From Eledone cirrhosa (lineage: Eukaryota), in NCBI GenBank assembly GCA_964016885.1, contig OZ024754.1, positions 44,888,001 through 44,952,000 on the forward strand: a stretch of DNA of 64,000 bases. Direction: 5' to 3'. Under the pieces are notes generated by a model. It made no database searches. It saw only the letters and a list, made by a program, of their open reading frames with translations, and was not told the origin of the DNA. The number at the start of each line of letters is the position of its first letter. Within the stretch, counting starts at the first letter, position 1. A program made the position numbers and the translations under genes. Below are positions 56,816 to 64,000 of the stretch, in pieces.

Positions 56816-58188
56816 AATGATAGCTTTTCTTATACTGTGATTGAGGTTTAACAGAAATATTTAACCTTTCTATCAAAACGTCAAGACGATCGCAATAAGG
56901 TTTATCATGGGTTGACCAGCAGACATTTTACAACACACACACACACACACATAGAGACAGACAGACAGACGTACACACACATTGAAATAAACGGGGTTCA
57001 TTTTCCTTTGTTATGGTAAAAGAGGTTTATTAAAAAACCCCAGAAAATGATAGAAAATGTGAAGGGAATACAAGTGGGAGGTGGAATTGATGGAGAGGTA
57101 TAACACAGGGTGGGGGGTGATAGACGATGGAAGGATGGAGGAGGAGGAGGTGGAGGAGGAGAAGTAAGTGTTAAGAGAAGTTAGACGCACATGCTTTTAA
57201 AATATATTGAGTGACAAGGTAGGCCAGTAAACGAAAACAAACTCAATCAACACATGTCACCCCCTCCAGTCACCCCCAGTCACCGCTTCCCCCCGTCACC
57301 CCTCCGGTCACCCCTCTGTCATCTCCTGTCAAATGTCCTCTCTACGTTAGACCACATATCACTTCAGTATCCTTGACACCCTCTACGCTACCCAGGTGTT
57401 CTACATGTGTTGTTATTCATTAAACCAGTTAGACCTGAAACCAACGAAGGAACCTCTACGTAGTTGTTCGACATGCTAAAAAAAGCAGCCGAATTTCCCT
57501 CAAAACGTACCTTACCGTGACAAGAAAAAAAAAAGTACCCATCAGGGAGAAAAGGGTATTAGTTAATATATGCATGTTTAATCTTGGCTGGCATAGAACA
57601 ACAATAACAACAGCAACAACAACAATAACAACATCAACAGCAACAACATCACCACAACAGAATCAATATCACAAACACAGCTCAATAAGCAAGGCGATAT
57701 ATTGTCTTTCGATCTTCTAGAAATAGCAGCCAAATCCACTTCAAATTAAAATTACTGGGTCGATAAAATAAAGTACCAGTAACGTACTGAGGTTGATTCA
57801 ATTGAATTTTCCTTCCGAAATTATTGACCTTGTGCTTAAATCAGAAACCGTTAATTTTCTAGATTGTGGCATAGAATTATGGCCCTTTACGGTCCGAGTT
57901 CAAATCTCGCCGGGGTTAACTTTAACTTTCTTCTTTACAGAGTCGATAAAATAAAGTACCAGTAATGCACTGGGGCCGATTTAATGGACTTTCTCCTCCC
58001 GCCCAAATTGTTCGCCTTGTGCCTAAATCCCAAGCCATTAATTTCACACGTGTCACACGTTCATTTCATATATTGCGACGAGAAGTCAATATTTGTGACA
58101 CATTGTCACACTTAATTAAAGGCTTAAACTTTCTCAAGGACTTTCTAAACCATCAGCATGTCAAGAAACAATATAGATAGATATATTA

Positions 58189-58226
<38 letters not shown>

Positions 58227-58231
<5 letters not shown>

Positions 58232-58428
58232 AACAAGTATGACCCGACGGCAGAGCTCAAGCCGTTTCGGCGGCTAATTCTGGACTGAATTCAGTCCAGA
58301 ATTAGCCGTCGAAACAGCTTGAGCTCTGCCGTCGTGGTCATACTTGTTCCTATTACCCACTCTACTACCCCAAGTATTGAGTACTTTGGTGCGTTATGGT
58401 CCATCTGGTTCCTTACCACATTTGCTTC

Positions 58429-58430
<2 letters not shown>
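58227..58430 (+). mobile_element. Family B insert, copy 2
   Basis: ~60-bp near-perfect arms centred on GAATTC (58287-58292), then the family tail; TA flanks. Confidence 0.65.
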
Positions 58431-58487
<57 letters not shown>

Positions 58488-58546
58488 GTATATATATATA
58501 TATATGTGTGTGTGTGTTTGTGTGTTTGTTTATACATATATATATA

Positions 58547-58700
58547 TAGGAAAAAGTAAGACCCCGACGGCAGAGCTCAAGCCGTATCGAGGGCTATTTC
58601 TGGACTAGTCCAGAAAGATTACCCACTCTACTACCCTAAGTATTGAGTACTCTGGTGCGTTATGGTCCATCTGGTTCCTTACCACAATTCCTTCGTTATA
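58547..58700 (+). mobile_element. Family B insert, copy 3 with most of the right arm deleted
   Basis: Left arm and centre are retained and join directly to the tail at ~58620. Confidence 0.6.
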
Positions 58701-58701
58701 T

Positions 58702-58752
<51 letters not shown>

Positions 58753-59013
58753 TATGTGTGTGTGTGTGTATGTGTGTGTAAAATAATATAGGTGCGCAAT
58801 TATTTTAATTTTATTTTATTTTACTTATTTTCTGTTACTTTATTTTAAATGTTTTTCATAATTTGTCTTATTTAAGAGAATGCTATTGTTATCGTCATTA
58901 CTAGATTGACTCATACTGTCCACACACACACACACACACACACAATATGTATACATATATATATATATAAGTATACATATATATATTATAAATCGTCTTC
59001 TCTCTCTCCCTCC

Positions 59014-59051
<38 letters not shown>

Positions 59052-59196
59052 GAGAAAAGAAATATCAGTTTAACATAAATTTATTCCGTTACACGTGTTT
59101 CGCCAGTGGTTCGACACAAAACCCTTAGACTATGTAACTGTAGGTTACGACTCATTACGTTACTGGTTTACGTCTGCAATAACTGCGATCAAATTA

Positions 59197-59258
<62 letters not shown>

Positions 59259-59449
59259 TAATAAAAACAATGAATAAAAACAAAGAAACAGTTCCTTATA
59301 TTAAAAAATTCATCATTTTACGATCGTTTCTAGGATATATATATGTGTGTTGGTGTGTATATCATATAGATCTATGTAAAAATTTTACAAACTATCAGGA
59401 AATATACATACCTACACATATATATGCTGTCTTCAGAAATAAAAAATAA

Positions 59450-59521
<72 letters not shown>

Positions 59522-59630
59522 TTATATATATATTTATATATATATATATATAATTCAAGATTACAAAAGAATAACATACACACATTTCACTACATACACA
59601 CATTTCATTCATACATACACACATTTCACT

Positions 59631-59661
<31 letters not shown>

Positions 59662-59892
59662 CACACACACATACATATATACACACACATATTCGATCTT
59701 AGATAACAAAATACAATAGACGTCTTGGCGACTGTTAACCTAAATTTTCCAACCAGATAATTATCTTTGAATACACGCTGCGAAGGTCTACCACATTGAA
59801 TATCTATATTTATATCTCTATGTATGTATGTATGTATGTATGTATGTATGTATGTATGTATGTATGTATGTATGTATATATATATATATATA

Positions 59893-60486
59893 TGTCAGGT
59901 CACCAGTTGGTGTATCCCAGTACAACCTGTCTCATGGTCGGGTCGTTGGCGACTAAACTGGCAACCCCACCAAGGTTTCTTGGTGAGGAGGGTGACTTTG
60001 GACATCCTGCAGGACTAAAAACAACCTGTCAAAGGGCAAAGGAGCTCTTAAGAGTCAATGGCCATCCAAAATTACCGGGAGAGATGACCCCTTAGCCTTT
60101 GTCAAGGCAGAATTCTAGGAGAAGGAAAACTCTGATATAACACCTGCAACCCTGATGGTATCCAATGATGTTGACTTGTTCTTCTTTTTGGTAAATATCA
60201 TCTTGGTTAAGAGAGTGGGACTGACTTTGTGCAGTGCCTTTGCTCACTATAAAAGCTTCACGGCACAGGCATTGCTTTATATCTGGAGATCTCTCTGCAC
60301 TTGTCGTCACATGGTATCATGGGCCCAGCACTATGTGTCAATATTTGTCACAAGTGTAGTGTTTGTACCAGAGTTTTTAAGTCGTTGGCTGGACTAAAAA
60401 GTCACACTCGTTCAGCGCATCGGTAGGGGTTCTCCTACATGGATATAAAGTAGTGGCCGTACTAAAAAACGAGTTGGCAGCCACCA
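59893..60486 (+). mobile_element. TA-flanked dispersed repeat resembling a LINE 5' UTR; its terminal ~80 bp recurs inverted at 47905-47985
   Basis: Shared end CGTTCAGCGCATCGGTAGGGG...GTTGGCAGCCACC; internal CTAGGAGAAGGAAAACTCTGA motif recalled from invertebrate LINE 5' UTRs. Confidence 0.45.
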
Positions 60487-60490
60487 TATA

Positions 60491-60535
<45 letters not shown>

Positions 60536-60620
60536 GTGGTTACACAACAGTTAGACTGAGTGCTCTACCACTACGGATATTACCTTCCAATGTTCTACCA
60601 CTATATATATATATACGTAC

Positions 60621-60702
<82 letters not shown>

Positions 60703-61074
60703 CATGTATACGATACATATTTGAGGACCATGTAATCTCTGCCCTCATTTTTATATTAAATACTTTTTGTGGTTGATCCTCCCACGACTCGCTAAAAAAA
60801 GTTTCTTATCTGAAAGAACCAGTTTTTTGAAATATTTAGATATGTCTTTTTAAAGAACCCTCGGGGAAACAGACTAAACCTGTCACACAAATCTGAGGTC
60901 TTGCACTGTTAAATTCCATGATCAATCACTATTGCATTGATCTGATCGATCGACATGATCCTAGATGTCATTCGCTTCCTGAGTGGGGGTGGACCTTGTC
61001 AAATCGGACCTAGGAAACAATGTTTCCATTGGTCTTTCCATTGCTGATACTATCTACTGGTCACAACTCCAGGT

Positions 61075-61203
61075 AGAAGGAGCAATGTGAAATAAAGTGT
61101 CTTGCTCAAGGACACAACACATCACCCGGTCTGAGAATTAAACTCGCAATCAATCTCACGATTGTGAATCCAACTCTCTAACCACTAAGCAACGTGGCTT
61201 CAT
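61075..61203 (-). mobile_element. Second tRNA-headed SINE family (GTGTCCTTGAGCAAGACACTT core); also ~2615-2745 and ~9440-9725
   Basis: tRNA-like head GCTTAGTGGTTAGAGAGTTGGATTCACAA followed by the conserved core. Confidence 0.7.
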
Positions 61204-61400
61204 AGTTACACCCCAATAACAACAACAACATAACTACTACTACCACCACTACCACCGCCACTGCCACCGAGACCACCACCACCACCACCACCAATAATAT
61301 CAACTTAATACAACCAGGTAGTCAGTGTCATCTATCAATGGAGTGAACCAAGTTGAAGGCTGAGAGATTAAAGATAATCTCGTCTGTTACACAACACCTC

Positions 61401-61451
<51 letters not shown>

Positions 61452-61625
61452 AATCTCCTTACTTCGATACACTCCAGTTCTCACCTTGACATTGACTTTT
61501 AACTCACTTACTAACACACCATATATATTATATTCAACAATCCGATTACTTTGGCGGCTCTGTACATGTATGCTGAATACACACACATACACACATACAT
61601 AATACAATATATATATAATTGGTGA

Positions 61626-61968
<343 letters not shown>

Positions 61969-62085
61969 ACAGTAATGTATTAACATATCGCTCTATTGAG
62001 TGATTTGTGATTGCCTCAAACAACTCGATTAGTACCTGCTATATGGTAGCTACGACTTCGATATATACCTAATATAATTACAAAT

Positions 62086-62124
<39 letters not shown>

Positions 62125-62827
62125 CTTTGATAGGCGAAGACGACCACTCACGGTGAATTTGCGACAATCAACAAAACAAGGTATTGATAGATGCAATTGG
62201 TCATTGGAGGACTGCCTCATGTGTCTCAATATGCTGGAGCTTCTAAGCAGGGCCTATGAGAGGTGGGTACAGTCGGTACTTTGTTCCCCCCCCCCCCCCC
62301 CCAAAAAAAAAAACCATGCAACATCCATTTTGAGAAAAATCTTTGCCTGATTCAGGCCCCAAAGTGGGTCTTCTACCGCCTTGTAAAATTTCTGTTGGAG
62401 GTCCTGGTGGGGGAATCTTTATGTAATATAACGTGAGTCTGAATATTTGCAATGTTACTATGTTGAGTGTGAACGTCTGTACTTTGTATGAACGTCTGTA
62501 CTTTGTATGTTCAGCAGGTACTCACACACAAACACACACACACACACACATACAAACACCATCTCCCCCACATCTCATAACTATCTCACCACCGGCTCCA
62601 CCACCGCCATCACCATCACCACACCGCCTCCACCCCCACCCTCCATTTCCCAACTATTTCCACACCATCTCCACACCCTCAACAAACCATCTCCCCACAC
62701 CACCTCCCCACCGTTTCTGCACCATCCTTTGTAATTCTATCGGTCTCCAAATAAAATCTAGGTTAGGAATCTTGGAAAGAAGAGAGGGAACGAGAGAGAG
62801 AGAGAGAGAGTGAGAGAGAGAGTGAGT

Positions 62828-62859
<32 letters not shown>

Positions 62860-62997
62860 CTAAATAAAGAAAGTTACAGAGAGTTGTATATGTAATTATA
62901 TGTAGATAGAAAGATTTAGGTGTGTATCATAAGCTTAAGTTAATATATGATGGGTATTCTAGGGTGATATCCTGATAGCGGCTCTATAACACACACA

Positions 62998-63064
<67 letters not shown>

Positions 63065-63516
63065 AGTGTGTTTGTAAGTGAGTAAGTGTATGTGTGTATA
63101 GTAATATTAATTTTTCACGCCCAGAGATTCTGTGGTGTTAATCAAACAAGAGATAAATTACCCCCCCCCCCCCCCCCACACTCTCTTCTCCTCTGGATAA
63201 GTCATCGGTTTATTCCTATATGGCAGATACCTCCACCCCTGGGAGGTATTAAAGTTGGCATTGCAAGACAACGAATCCTTGGTAATTTCATAGTACAGTA
63301 CTACGATAAGTGATGCCTCTCCCCTTCCTGGAACACTTACCAGGAGCTACATAGGTACTATAGATAGTGGATTGGCAGAGTCGTTAGAACGTCGAATAGA
63401 ATGTCATGTTCTATTTGTTAGGAATCTTTACGTTATGAGTTCAAATTCCATTGAGGTCAACTTTGGCTGTCATCATTTCAAGTTCTTCCACCCTCATTTC
63501 CTCTCTTATAGTATCC

Positions 63517-63572
<56 letters not shown>

Positions 63573-63772
63573 AAGTACTCCCTCTCTCTTCCATCCTTCT
63601 ATTCCAATCAGTTCTAAGGAACTAAATAATATACGCTACCCTCCTGTAAACACAACACAAAGAAAAGCCGTTAACCTACAAAGACCCTGCCCTAACACGC
63701 CAAACCCAGCCCTAACCCCCCAAACTCTGTCCCAACCCCCAAAGATTGCCCTAATCACAAAAGGCAACTCAC

Positions 63773-63831
63773 CTGTCCAGCAGTATCACAAAGCTGTAGG
63801 CTGACCGGCTTGTTGTTGACGGACACAACCA
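63773..63831 (-). CDS. RHOU: RhoU/RhoV GTPase, penultimate coding exon (G3 box); exon 1 lies beyond the window
   Basis: tttacag|TG GTT GTG TCC...GAT ACT GCT GGA CAG|gtgagt encodes VVSVNNKPVSLQLCDTAGQ; 59 nt; phase-0 join to the last exon across intron 55378-63772. Confidence 0.92.
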
Positions 63832-64000
63832 CTGTAAACAGAGAAATATAGAGAACAGTCTATTGTTACATTTATCGTGTTGTGAAGTTTTATGAAAGAT
63901 AAACTGTAATACAATATCTTGAATGAAAGAAAGTGGTGATAGCTAGAGAGACAGACAGACTGATAGACAGGCAGATAAGGCAGATAGATAGACAGGCAGA

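Noticed and set aside
60843-60888. Degenerate hammerhead (GAAACAG...CTGTC with upstream TTAAAGA)
   Set aside because: Two core mismatches and a poor stem I; could be chance.

Overview
Eukaryotic, AT-rich, microsatellite-saturated animal genomic DNA; the SINE and RTE families look cephalopod/Octopus-like (inference). It holds two convergent multi-exon genes. The first is an EML5/EML6-type WD40 microtubule-associated protein on + (35 exons, 833-30869, first exon upstream of the window; the spliced frame is continuous for 1900 codons including the stop). The second is a RhoU/RhoV atypical Rho GTPase on - (last two exons). Between them lie two identical tRNA-Glu(CTC) genes flanking a decayed RLE/CRE-type retrotransposon end, plus several minisatellites, SINEs, RTE/CR1 fragments and piggyBac/hAT/Tc1-like MITEs. 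The most interesting signal is a set of short non-coding inserts in (TA)n tracts carrying type I hammerhead ribozyme motifs (29567, 44356, 45574, 61863, plus several 3' half motifs). They belong to at least three sequence-unrelated families, all with an atypical U.U at the base of stem II. Several are fold-back palindromes centred on the ribozyme and one is a 723-bp partial tandem, the signature of Penelope-like elements/retrozymes. Most long ORFs in the six-frame track are microsatellite artefacts. All coordinates were read by eye; repeat boundaries are approximate.
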